Below, piece after piece: positions 26,630-35,749 of a stretch of 64,000 nucleotides of DNA. Position numbers and translations under genes: made by a program. The notes beneath the pieces are model-generated. The model was given only the letters and a program-made list of their open reading frames with translations, had not been told where the DNA came from and did no database searches. The first letter of the stretch is position 1; the number at the start of each line of letters is the position of its first letter. Location of the stretch: NCBI GenBank assembly GCA_016926255.1, contig JAFGOY010000012.1, forward strand, positions 14,172 through 78,171, given 5' to 3'. This DNA is from Anaerolineae bacterium. Lineage in GTDB: Bacteria > Chloroflexota > Anaerolineae > Aggregatilineales > UBA3940.

Positions 26630-26816
26630 GTGTATTGCCTGCAGCTTCCTAAAAATGAGTGCTCATATACCCATATAACACCGTACCAGAATATATTATA
26701 GCAGTTGTGGGCCGTGAAAGTTTTAATAAGAATAAATTCATATGCGCTGCTGATCAATGAAAAATCGGCGGTTTCACTTTGCTCAAAAACGCAGTTCGAC
26801 GTACCATGATAGCGAT

Positions 26817-29800
26817 ATGTACGCCGAACTGCACTGTCACTCAAATTTCAGCCTGCTCGACGGCGCTTCACACCCTGAAGTGCTGGCTGCCCGTGCCGCA
26901 GAGTTGGGGATGCCCGCTCTGGCGCTTACCGATCACAACGCGGTCTATGGGGCCGTTCGCTTTTTCCGAGCGGCGCGGACGTATGGAGTCAAGCCGATTC
27001 TCGGCGCTGAAATGACGCTTGACGACGGCAAACACCTGACGCTGCTGGTCGAAAACGAACGAGGCTGGCATAACCTGTGCACGCTGATCAGCGAAGCACA
27101 GCAGCACGTGCCAAAGGGTGAGGCAATACTTCCTCTCGAAGCGTTGGCGGGCCGGACGCACGGCCTGATTGCGCTGTCGGGGTGCCGAAAGGGGGCGGTG
27201 ACTTCGGCGCTGCTCGAACGCGACCGGCAGACGGCGCTGGATGCCGCCACCTATTATCGCAACCTGTTTGGCGAAAATAACTTCTGGATCGAGCTTCAGA
27301 ATCACCTGCTGCCGGAAGATGACGTGGTCAACGCACAGTTGGTCGGGCTGGCCCGCCAGTTGAATCTGGGCTTCGTGGCGACCAACAACGTTCACTACGC
27401 CGAACCGGACGGCAGCCGCCTGCAAGATGTGCTGGTCTGTATCAACCATCACACTACGCTCAACGATTCGCATCACCTGCGGCGGCCTAACTCGGAATAC
27501 TATCTCAAATCACAGGCGCAGATGGCCCCGCTGTTCGGACGCTATCCCGAAGCGCTGGAAAACTCACTATTCATCGCCTCGCGCTGCAACTTCGAGCTTG
27601 CCTACGGGCTGCAAGACCTGCCGCGCTACCCAACTCCACACCAGATGACCGCCTCGGAGTACCTGCGCTACCTGTGTGAAGTGTCGCTGCTGGCCCATTA
27701 CGCAAGCATCCCTGCCAAGGTGTTCGAACGGCTGACTCACGAACTCTCGGTGATCGAAAACGCGGGGCTGTCGAATTATTTCCTGATCGTGTGGGATATC
27801 GTACGGTTTGCCCGCGAGAACGAGATTCGCTGCCAGGGACGGGGATCGGCGGCCAACTCGCTGGTCGCCTACCTGCTTGACATCACGCCTATCGATCCAC
27901 TAGCCCATGACCTTGTATTCGAGCGATTCCTGTCCGAGGAGCACCAGCTTACTCCCGACATTGACATCGACTTCGACGCCTCGCGTCGCGAAGAAGTGAT
28001 CCAGTATGTGTACGACAGCTATGGATCGGGAAACGCGGCGATGGCCTGTACATTCGTCACCTACCGGGCGCGAAGCGCCCTGCGCGACGTGGGAAAGGCG
28101 CTTGGCCTGCCTGCCGAGCAGATCAATCAGGCGGCGGAGGCGCTTGATACCTACGACCCGCAGGAACTGGCCGATTCGCCCAGCCTGCGCGAGACGCTGG
28201 GCGGCGCAATCGACGCACTGCCCTGGCGGCAGCTTTTCGAACTGGTGGGGCAGATTGGTGGGTTCCCGCGCCACCTGGGGATTCACAACGGCGGGATGGT
28301 GGTCACCGGGCCGCCGATGGCAAGCTTCGTGCCGATCGAACCAGCGACGATGCCAGGGCGGGTGGTGACCCAGTGGGACAAGACCAGTCTGGAGGATGCG
28401 GGGCTGGTGAAGATCGACTGCCTGGGGCTGAGGATGCTCTCGACAATCGACGAGGCGCTCGACCTGGTCGAGCAGGCCAGCGGGGATCGGCCCGACCTGG
28501 ATGGGCTGACCTTCGACGACCCGGCCATCTACGAGATGATCACCAATGCCAACACGGTCGGCGTGTTCCAGATCGAATCGCGGGCGCAGACTCAGATGCT
28601 CCCACGGCTCAAACCGACCTGCTTCGAAGACCTGATCGCTGCCGTCTCGCTGATCCACCTTCGCCCGATCCAGGAGGACATGGTTCACTCTTACCTGCGG
28701 CGCAGGCAGGGCGAGGAAGAAGTGACCTATCAGCACCCGCTGATGGAACCAATCCTCAAGGAGACACTGGGGGTGTTCCTGTTCGAGGAGCAGGTGGCAA
28801 AAATCGCCCGCGACGTGGCGGGGTTCAGCGCCGGGCAGGAGGAAATCCTGCGGCGCGGATTGGGCAACCGACCCGACGAACGGATGACGCAACTGCTGCG
28901 GCAGGCGTTCATTGACGGGGCGCGGAAGAAGGACGTGCCCGAAGACGTGGCCGGGGAAATCTTCGAGTCGCTGCGGGCCGCTGCGGGCTGCGTGATGCCA
29001 AAGAGCCATGCGGCTTCCTTCGCGGTGATCGTCTACCAATCGGCGTGGCTGAAACATTATCACACGGCAGCTTTCTATGCGGCGCTGCTCAACAACCAGC
29101 CGATGGGGTTCTGGCGTCCGGCGGTGCTGCTGAACGTCGCCCGACGGCTGGGGATCGAAATCCTGCCGGTGGATATCAACCTGAGCCAGGAACGCTCGAC
29201 GATCTCGCCCGACCAAACGCAGATCAGGCTGGGGTTGAGCACAATCAAGGGATTCGGGCAGGCGACTATCGAGCGGGTGCTGTATGTCCGGGCCGAACGA
29301 CCTTACAACGCCGGGCTGGTCGATTTTTGCAAGCGGACGCAGATGCCGCGACGCCTCGTGGAGAATCTGATCATGGCCGGGGCGATGGATGGCTGGCGGG
29401 TGCCCCGTCGAAAACTGCTGTGGGACCTGGGCACACTGCAATACAAACACGACGAACTGGGGCTGGAATTTGCCAATGGGGATATCGAACTGCCGCGCCT
29501 GACGGAACAGGACAGCCTGGTGCAGGAATACGCCGTGATGGGATTTTCGGCGCAGCCGCACAGCCTGACGCTGTACCGCTCCTGGCTGACCGAGCAGGGG
29601 GTGATCAGCACGGAGGAGGTCAGGGATCGCAACGGCGGGAAGCCGGTCAAGGTGGCCGGGCTGATGGTGGTTCACCAGGCCCCGCCGACGGCGAAGGGGC
29701 ACCGGTTCCTGACGCTGGAGGACGAGTTCGGGCTGCTGGATGTGATCGTGCGGCCCAACATTTACGAGCAGTACCGGCAGATCGTGCGCGGCTCAGCGAT

Positions 29801-29888
29801 GCTGATCGTCGAGGGGACGATACAGCGGAAAAACCGGGTGATCAGCCTGATCGCGCAGAAAATCAGCGCGCTGCTGCCGATGGGGTAA
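26817..29888 (+). CDS. dnaE2: Error-prone DNA polymerase III alpha-type subunit, DnaE2/ImuC-like
   Basis: Start at ATG 26817 (MYAELHCHSNFSLLDGAS..ALTDHNAVYGAVRF, PHP domain). Palm motif is TPDIDIDFD. Length is 1023 aa, which fits DnaE2 rather than ~1160-aa DnaE1. The 600-aa antisense ORF is a shadow. Confidence 0.8.
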   Translation: MYAELHCHSNFSLLDGASHPEVLAARAAELGMPALALTDHNAVYGAVRFFRAARTYGVKPILGAEMTLDDGKHLTLLVENERGWHNLCTLISEAQQHVPKGEAILPLEALAGRTHGLIALSGCRKGAVTSALLERDRQTALDAATYYRNLFGENNFWIELQNHLLPEDDVVNAQLVGLARQLNLGFVATNNVHYAEPDGSRLQDVLVCINHHTTLNDSHHLRRPNSEYYLKSQAQMAPLFGRYPEALENSLFIASRCNFELAYGLQDLPRYPTPHQMTASEYLRYLCEVSLLAHYASIPAKVFERLTHELSVIENAGLSNYFLIVWDIVRFARENEIRCQGRGSAANSLVAYLLDITPIDPLAHDLVFERFLSEEHQLTPDIDIDFDASRREEVIQYVYDSYGSGNAAMACTFVTYRARSALRDVGKALGLPAEQINQAAEALDTYDPQELADSPSLRETLGGAIDALPWRQLFELVGQIGGFPRHLGIHNGGMVVTGPPMASFVPIEPATMPGRVVTQWDKTSLEDAGLVKIDCLGLRMLSTIDEALDLVEQASGDRPDLDGLTFDDPAIYEMITNANTVGVFQIESRAQTQMLPRLKPTCFEDLIAAVSLIHLRPIQEDMVHSYLRRRQGEEEVTYQHPLMEPILKETLGVFLFEEQVAKIARDVAGFSAGQEEILRRGLGNRPDERMTQLLRQAFIDGARKKDVPEDVAGEIFESLRAAAGCVMPKSHAASFAVIVYQSAWLKHYHTAAFYAALLNNQPMGFWRPAVLLNVARRLGIEILPVDINLSQERSTISPDQTQIRLGLSTIKGFGQATIERVLYVRAERPYNAGLVDFCKRTQMPRRLVENLIMAGAMDGWRVPRRKLLWDLGTLQYKHDELGLEFANGDIELPRLTEQDSLVQEYAVMGFSAQPHSLTLYRSWLTEQGVISTEEVRDRNGGKPVKVAGLMVVHQAPPTAKGHRFLTLEDEFGLLDVIVRPNIYEQYRQIVRGSAMLIVEGTIQRKNRVISLIAQKISALLPMG

Positions 29889-29940
29889 ATCAGCCTTCGG
29901 CTGATTAATAGGAGTTTTGGTGCAGCCAAAACGTCCATCT
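29888..29940. repeat. Repeat family A, copy 3 (ATCAGC-CTTCG-GCTGAT, TAATAGGAGT, GTTTTGGT-GCA-GCCAAAAC, GTCCATCT)
   Basis: It starts at the dnaE2 stop codon. The second hairpin carries a compensatory C:G to G:C swap relative to copy 1. Confidence 0.7.
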
Positions 29941-30209
29941 GGGACAGAAAATCAGCAATGGGTTGAATTGACGATCACCCCCCGTATTTCGCTCCGCTAA
30001 ATCTGCTCCCTTAGCTAAGTGGGACCCTTATACTACGTAAGGGGGGCGGCATATCTTAACCTGTGATGACCGTTATAAGCCACCAGATAGTTGGTTTTGT
30101 GAAGGCTCTCCGACCGGGACGAATCGTTCCTTTTTCCCCTATCATGTGTTAAAGAAGATAAGCATATAGGATTTCGACGGCCTATCCTCGTCTATTAAAC
30201 TGGAGAAAC

Positions 30210-31556
30210 ATGATGGAATCCCCACCCGCAAAAGCAACCCGGCGCGAGCGCTGGGCGTGGTACATGTACGATTTCGGTAATTCGGGGTATGCCTCGATTA
30301 TCCTGCTGGCAATCTACCCGGCCTACTTCAAGGAGGCGGTGGTCGGTGGGGCCAACGGCTCCCGATTGTGGGGGATCGCGATCGGGATCGCGATGCTGAC
30401 CGTAGCGATCATCGCGCCGGTGCTGGGGGCCATCGCCGATTTTTCCGGGGCGAAGAAAAAGTTTCTGTTCGTCTTCACGACGATATCCTGCGTGTTCACG
30501 GGATCGATTTTCTTCGTGGGGGAGGGAGACTGGTTCCTGGGGATGCTGCTGTTCATCCTGGCCGAGATCGGCTACCGGGGGTCACAGGTGTTTTATAACT
30601 CGCTGCTGCCGGAGATCGCTGACCAGGAGGAGATCGGAACCATATCGGGCAACGGCTGGGCGGTTGGATCGGTGGGAGGGATCATCATCCTGGTGGTGGT
30701 GCTGGGACTGCTCCAGTTCGTTGGGGGGATGTGGATCATCCGGCTCTCGATGCTGCTGACGGCGGTCTGGTTCTTCGGGTTTTCACTGTTCATCTTCCTG
30801 CGATTGGAAGAACGCGCCCAGCCGAAACCGCTGCCGGAGGGCGAAACGTATCTCTCGGTGGCGTTCAAGCAGCTTGCATCGACTTTCCGCGCGGTGAAGC
30901 GCTACCGGGAGTTCATCAAGTTCATCGTCGCCTTCCTGATCTACAACGACGGGATCATCATGGTGCTTGAGTTCGCGGCGATCATCGGCGCGGTGCTGTT
31001 CGGAATGACGCAGGAGAACCTGATCTTCTTCATCATCGTGGTGGAACTCACCAACGTGCTCGGCTCGTACGTGTTCGGGGTGATGGCCGACAAGGGCGGC
31101 AGCAAGCTGGCGCTGATGATCTCGTTCGTGCTGATGATCGGGGCGATCCTGTGGCTGTACTTCGCACAGTCGATCACCGAGTATTTCGTGATCGGGGCGA
31201 TTGGTGGGATGGCGATGGCCGGGCTGCAATCGGTGAGCCGAACGATGGCCGGGCAGTTCGCACCGCCAGGGCAGAGCGCCGAGTTCTTCGGGTTCTTCGC
31301 GGTCGCCGGGCGAAGCTCATCATTTATCGGGCCGACGGTGTTCGGGCTGCTGGTGGTCTGGGCGACGAATCGATTCGAGGCGGCAGGGATGGCTCCGCTG
31401 CTCGCCGAGCAGATGGGCCACCGGGTATCGCTGTTCTCGGTGGTGGCTTTCCTGGTAGTGGGGATGATCATCCTGCTGACGGTCAACGAGGCGAAAGGCC
31501 GCGAGGTGGGTCGGGTGAAGGTCGGCGTGCCGGAGGTGGAGCCGGTAACTAAATAG
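30210..31556 (+). CDS. MFS transporter, UMF1 (Atg22-like) family
   Basis: N-terminal pattern RRERWAWYMYDFGNSGYASIIL..IYP.YF and 12 predicted helices. GGAGA RBS. Confidence 0.75.
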   Translation: MMESPPAKATRRERWAWYMYDFGNSGYASIILLAIYPAYFKEAVVGGANGSRLWGIAIGIAMLTVAIIAPVLGAIADFSGAKKKFLFVFTTISCVFTGSIFFVGEGDWFLGMLLFILAEIGYRGSQVFYNSLLPEIADQEEIGTISGNGWAVGSVGGIIILVVVLGLLQFVGGMWIIRLSMLLTAVWFFGFSLFIFLRLEERAQPKPLPEGETYLSVAFKQLASTFRAVKRYREFIKFIVAFLIYNDGIIMVLEFAAIIGAVLFGMTQENLIFFIIVVELTNVLGSYVFGVMADKGGSKLALMISFVLMIGAILWLYFAQSITEYFVIGAIGGMAMAGLQSVSRTMAGQFAPPGQSAEFFGFFAVAGRSSSFIGPTVFGLLVVWATNRFEAAGMAPLLAEQMGHRVSLFSVVAFLVVGMIILLTVNEAKGREVGRVKVGVPEVEPVTK

Positions 31557-31681
31557 CCCCCTTTGCCGCTGCGCGGCACTTCCCCCAAGGGGGCAGGTGG
31601 GGTATGAATCGTGAGTTCCGGTTCTGCTAAAGCAATTCAAAGAAAGTGAACCGTCCATCGAAAGGTGGGCGGTTTTGATTC

Positions 31682-32071
31682 TCACGATGAGCGACCAAGC
31701 TGAACGAGTTCCAGCGTGCTGATGCTGATCAGGAAGACGACAAGGAGCCAGAGAGAAACAGCACCGCCAGTCGACAGTGTAAGCCTGCCGAAGGTCAGCC
31801 AGCCAGCGAGCATCGCCCCACCGCAGAGGTTGATCGCTGCGGCCCCGGCGGTACCCAATCCGACCTGTGGGGAAGTCTTATCGCGCAGTGCTTCCCAGGC
31901 GAGGGCTATCGCAATACCGACGAAGACTGCGCCGAGGATATTGACATAAAACAGCCTGTCAGGAACAGGCAGACCCATCCAGTGAGCGACCGGCGGCGTA
32001 AAGAAAATCAGCAGGATGCCCAACGCAAGATTGATTGAAGAATCGATTAACAGCAGACTGCGTTGTTTCAC
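31682..32071 (-). CDS. Small integral membrane protein (4 predicted helices), GTG start
   Basis: The start is placed at GTG 32071 because a GAGGAGG RBS lies 7 nt upstream. The track start at 32107 has no RBS. Confidence 0.55.
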   Translation of the reverse strand: MKQRSLLLIDSSINLALGILLIFFTPPVAHWMGLPVPDRLFYVNILGAVFVGIAIALAWEALRDKTSPQVGLGTAGAAAINLCGGAMLAGWLTFGRLTLSTGGAVSLWLLVVFLISISTLELVQLGRSS

Positions 32072-32217
32072 TGTGATGCCTCCTCGATAGGTGTGTACCA
32101 GTTCCATTGTACAGCATATCGCCGGTTCAGTGACCGGTTCTAACTCCGTTTTAGCGGCAGGCGAACCACCGCCTGATATAATCCCGGTAGGGTTTGCCAG
32201 TATAAAGAGAGCCGCTA

Positions 32218-34164
32218 ATGGGGTTTCATGGTTTCAGAAGTTTCATCAACTCGCCGGAAGAAAAGCCGAAAGTCACCCGGAAGTTAATCAAACGGGTGAT
32301 GGGGTACGCTCGACCGTATCAGGGGCAGATCGCCGGGATGCTGATTTTGATCACGCTGTCGGCAGGGCTGACGCTGGTTACACCGCTGATTATGCGGGAC
32401 CTGATCGACAAGACGATCCCGGCGGGTGATGTCAACCGGCTGGTACTGCTTTCGGTCGGGCTGCTGGTGATCCCGGTGGTCGGTGGGCTGATCAACGTCG
32501 TGCAGCGAAGGCTCAACGCGGCAGTCGGCGAAGGGGTAATCTACGATCTGCGGGTTGCCCTCTATGCCCATCTTCAACGGATGTCGCTGCGCTTCTTCAC
32601 CAACACCAAAGTCGGCGAGATGATGAGCCGCCTGAACAACGACGTGATCGGTGCACAGAACGCGATCAGCAATACCGTTGTCAATATCATCACGAATATC
32701 ATCCAGGCGGCGGCGGTGCTGGTCGTGATGCTGACACTCGACTGGCGGCTGACTCTGCTCAGCATTGCAGTTATGCCGCTGTTCTATATCGTGATGCGGC
32801 GGCTGGGCAGCCGTCTGCGTGACATCGCCCGCAAAGCGATGAACATCAACGCGCAAATGAACGCGATGATGAACGAGACGCTCAACATCAGCGGGGCGCT
32901 GCTGGTGAAACTGTTCGGGCGGATCGACCTGGAGGCCGATCGGTTCGATGACCGGGCGGCAAAAGTGCGCGACGTGGGTATCCAGCGGGCGGTGGTTGGC
33001 CGGGTGTTCTTTATGATCATCGGGCTGTTGAGCGCGGTCGGGACGGCGCTGGTGTACGGGATCGGCGGTTACCTTGTGATTCGGGGGGAGTTCACAGTCG
33101 GGACGATTGTGGCGTTCGGCGCGTACCTCACGTCGATGTATTCGGCGCTGCAAGGGCTGGCGAATGCGCCGGTCGAATTTGCTACATCGGTGGTCAGCTT
33201 CGAGCGGGTTTTCGAGGTGATCGACCTGCCGCACGAGATCGATGACAGGCCGGGGGCCGTGGCCCTCGATACCATTCGGGGCGATCTGGTGTTCGACGAC
33301 GTGATATTCCGCTATGAGGTCGCAGAAGAAAATTTACTGCGCGAGGTAAAACGCTTCGGGCGAATGGACGATGTCCGGGCGGTGCTGTCGGGGGATGGTG
33401 AGTCGAAAGAAAAGCCGGACGGGCAGCAGGCGGAGATCAAGGCGGGCGAATCGCAGGCGCGGGAAATGGCACTCGAATCGATCTCGTTTCACGTGGAACC
33501 GGGACAGTTGATCGCGCTGGTGGGGCCGAGTGGGGCCGGAAAAACGACGATGACCTACCTGATTCCACGGCTGTACGATCCGTCAGCAGGGCGGATTCTG
33601 ATCGATGGGCACGATCTGCGAGAGGTGACGCTGGCTTCGCTCTCCGAGCAGATTGGGATGGTGACGCAGGAGACGCACCTGTTCCATGACACAATCCGGA
33701 CGAACCTGCTCTACGCAAAACTCGACGCGACGCAGCAACAGATCGAGGCAGCGGCGAAAGCAGCCAATATCCACGACTTCATCATGGGGCTGCCCGAAGG
33801 GTACGATACGGTGGTCGGTGAGCGAGGGTATCGACTGAGCGGCGGGGAAAAACAGCGGATCGCGCTGACACGCGTGATTCTCAAAGATCCGCGCATCCTG
33901 GTGCTGGACGAGGCAACGAGTCACCTGGACAGTGAATCAGAATCGCTGATTCAAGAAGCGCTGGGGCGGGTGATGGCAGGCCGAACGAGCATCGTGATTG
34001 CACATCGATTAAGCACGATTCTGGCTGCCGATCAAATCCTGGTGATGGATCGGGGACGGATCGTGGAGAAGGGGACTCACAGTGAACTGCTGGCGCAGGA
34101 CGGGCTATATGCGCGGCTGTACGAGACTCAGTTCAGCCGGGAGGAGGATTCAGCCCACAGATAG
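32218..34164 (+). CDS. ABC exporter, fused permease/ATPase (MsbA/type I exporter-like)
   Basis: Six-helix TMD. Walker A GPSGAGKTT, signature LSGGEKQRIAL, Walker B ILVLDEATSHLD. There is a ~40-aa insertion before Walker A. The last 4 codons lie in a dispersed repeat. Confidence 0.85.
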   Translation: MGFHGFRSFINSPEEKPKVTRKLIKRVMGYARPYQGQIAGMLILITLSAGLTLVTPLIMRDLIDKTIPAGDVNRLVLLSVGLLVIPVVGGLINVVQRRLNAAVGEGVIYDLRVALYAHLQRMSLRFFTNTKVGEMMSRLNNDVIGAQNAISNTVVNIITNIIQAAAVLVVMLTLDWRLTLLSIAVMPLFYIVMRRLGSRLRDIARKAMNINAQMNAMMNETLNISGALLVKLFGRIDLEADRFDDRAAKVRDVGIQRAVVGRVFFMIIGLLSAVGTALVYGIGGYLVIRGEFTVGTIVAFGAYLTSMYSALQGLANAPVEFATSVVSFERVFEVIDLPHEIDDRPGAVALDTIRGDLVFDDVIFRYEVAEENLLREVKRFGRMDDVRAVLSGDGESKEKPDGQQAEIKAGESQAREMALESISFHVEPGQLIALVGPSGAGKTTMTYLIPRLYDPSAGRILIDGHDLREVTLASLSEQIGMVTQETHLFHDTIRTNLLYAKLDATQQQIEAAAKAANIHDFIMGLPEGYDTVVGERGYRLSGGEKQRIALTRVILKDPRILVLDEATSHLDSESESLIQEALGRVMAGRTSIVIAHRLSTILAADQILVMDRGRIVEKGTHSELLAQDGLYARLYETQFSREEDSAHR

Positions 34165-34306
34165 CACAGATGTCACAGATAGGAATTATTTATCCGCTAA
34201 TTGCGCGAATTACACGAACTTTTAATGCTGTCGAGTACGGCAGCGTGAAAGTGTGGGTGGATCGAGATGGTAGGGGGGATTCAGCCCACAGATAGAACAG
34301 ATAGGA
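34146..34306. repeat. Repeat cluster: two direct copies of GGATTCAGCCCACAGATAG(C/A)ACAGAT..AGGA (34146-34184, 34276-34306) flanking a family D unit CCGCTAATTGCGCGAATTACACGAAC (34194-34219)
   Basis: Read directly. The family D core AATTGCGC(G/C)AATTAC(A/G)C recurs at 41582-41603. Confidence 0.7.
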
Positions 34307-34313
34307 TGGTTTG

Positions 34314-35174
34314 ATGGACTTTAGCGATCTTCAGCCAGTTGAAAGAAATGCGCTCGATGATCTGGCGACGGTAATCGGGGAACCGGTCCAGCGGGTGGAC
34401 CGGGGCCAGATGTTCGACGAGTCGATTCCGGCGCGGGTTACCATCGAGGAAGGGGCTGTCAGGGCCCTGGCAGTGTGGGGATTCTGGATAGATCGGCTGC
34501 CGGAGTCAATCGGGAATTTCGGCGATCTGATCGAGTTGTATGTGCATGACAATCGATTGGCCGAACTGCCGGAGAGCATCGGCGGGCTGGCACGATTGGA
34601 AGTGCTCGACCTGGGACACAATCAAGACCTGGCCTCGCTGCCGGACTCAATTGGCGCTCTGCGCAATTTGCGGTTCCTGTATGCAAGTGATAACCGGCTT
34701 GATTCGCTGCCGGAGTCATTATCGAATTTGCGGTCGCTGATCTATCTCAATCTCACAGATAACCGGTTCACGAGTTTACCGGAGTGGATCGGGCAGTTGG
34801 CAGGACTGATCGAACTGCGGCTGTATGACAATCAACTCGACCGGCTGCCCGATTCGATTGGGGAACTGGAGAATCTCCGGGAGATGCACATTCAGAATAA
34901 TCAACTGGTGCTGCTGCCGGAATCGATTGGGGAACTGAACTCGCTCCGGCGGTTGGGGCTGAGAGACAACTGGCTCGAAGCAGTGCCGGAGTCAACCGGA
35001 AGGCTGGCGCGGCTGGTCGATCTTGACCTGAGAAGGAATCTGCTGGAGGTGGTGCCGGATTGTCTGGCCGGGCTGCCGGAAATCGAAAGGCTCGATCTGC
35101 GCTGGAACCGGATCGGGGTACTGCCGGGGTGGATGGATCGATTGGAGGAACGCGGGTGTGTGGTGTATATGTGA
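34314..35174 (+). CDS. Leucine-rich repeat (LRR) protein, stand-alone
   Basis: About 9-10 tandem 23-residue repeats of LPESIGxLxxLxxLxLxxNxL. There is no recognisable enzymatic or signal domain. I prefer the ATG at 34314 over the TTG at 34311. Confidence 0.8.
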   Translation: MDFSDLQPVERNALDDLATVIGEPVQRVDRGQMFDESIPARVTIEEGAVRALAVWGFWIDRLPESIGNFGDLIELYVHDNRLAELPESIGGLARLEVLDLGHNQDLASLPDSIGALRNLRFLYASDNRLDSLPESLSNLRSLIYLNLTDNRFTSLPEWIGQLAGLIELRLYDNQLDRLPDSIGELENLREMHIQNNQLVLLPESIGELNSLRRLGLRDNWLEAVPESTGRLARLVDLDLRRNLLEVVPDCLAGLPEIERLDLRWNRIGVLPGWMDRLEERGCVVYM

Positions 35175-35272
35175 TGAGCATTCGTTAGACGTCCAGACAG
35201 CGGGCACAGCACGCTGCGGACAACAAAAAACGTTGCTGTGCTCGTACGACAACTTTAAAGGAGGAGAACATC

Positions 35273-35749
35273 GTGCAGCAGGTTGCTAAGGATTTACGAG
35301 CGGTGGTGACGAAGGCAGCGGGGCAGATGCGGCAGGTCGGGGAGAAGGATGCTGCACAGAAACCCGGATCAGAGGAGTGGTCAAACAAGCAGGTGCTCGG
35401 CCATCTGATCGACTCGGCATCGAACAACCACCAGCGTTTTATCCGCGCGCAGCGGAGCGAATCGCACGATTTTCCCGGCTACGATCAGAACGACTGGGTT
35501 GCTTTGCAGGCGTACCAGACGAAGCCGTGGACGCAGCTTGTCACGCTGTGGGAAGTGCTGAATCTGCACCTCGCTGACATCATTGAGTGGATTCCAGAAA
35601 GCAAACTGTCGACGGAGTGCACAATCGCGGGTAAGCCGTGGACGCTCGGAGAGATCGTCGTCGGTTACTTCGGGCATATGCAGGCGCATCTCGACGATCT
35701 GCCGGTCGATGTATCGGATATCAAGCGCTACCCGTATCCGAGAGGGTGA
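35273..35749 (+). CDS. DinB-family (DinB_2-like) four-helix-bundle protein, GTG start
   Basis: Contains WSNKQVLGHLIDSASNNHQRF and a C-terminal GHMQAHLDDL, typical of DinB/YfiT-like metal-binding bundles. A strong RBS AAAGGAGGAG lies 6 nt upstream of the GTG. Confidence 0.7.
   Translation: MQQVAKDLRAVVTKAAGQMRQVGEKDAAQKPGSEEWSNKQVLGHLIDSASNNHQRFIRAQRSESHDFPGYDQNDWVALQAYQTKPWTQLVTLWEVLNLHLADIIEWIPESKLSTECTIAGKPWTLGEIVVGYFGHMQAHLDDLPVDVSDIKRYPYPRG

Noticed and set aside
26630-26816. Search for a LexA/SOS box upstream of dnaE2
   Set aside because: I found no CGAAC-N4-GTTCG-like palindrome and no GTTC-N7-GTTC repeat. The nearest candidates (TTCATATGCG, GTTCGACGTAC) lack dyad symmetry.
27900-29702. 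600-aa minus-strand ORF inside dnaE2
   Set aside because: This is a shadow ORF of a high-GC gene. The translation is Arg/Pro/Gln/His-rich low-information sequence, while the plus frame carries PHP and palm motifs.
29941-30209. Possible riboswitch or leader in the 320-nt region upstream of the MFS transporter
   Set aside because: The region contains small palindromes (CTTAGCTAAG, CCCTTA...TAAGGG) but nothing matching the TPP, guanidine, fluoride or other riboswitch cores I can recall. The small ORFs there lack an RBS.
32284-33234. 316-aa minus-strand ORF in the ABC exporter TMD region
   Set aside because: This is an antisense shadow. The plus frame encodes six well-formed TM helices continuous with the NBD.
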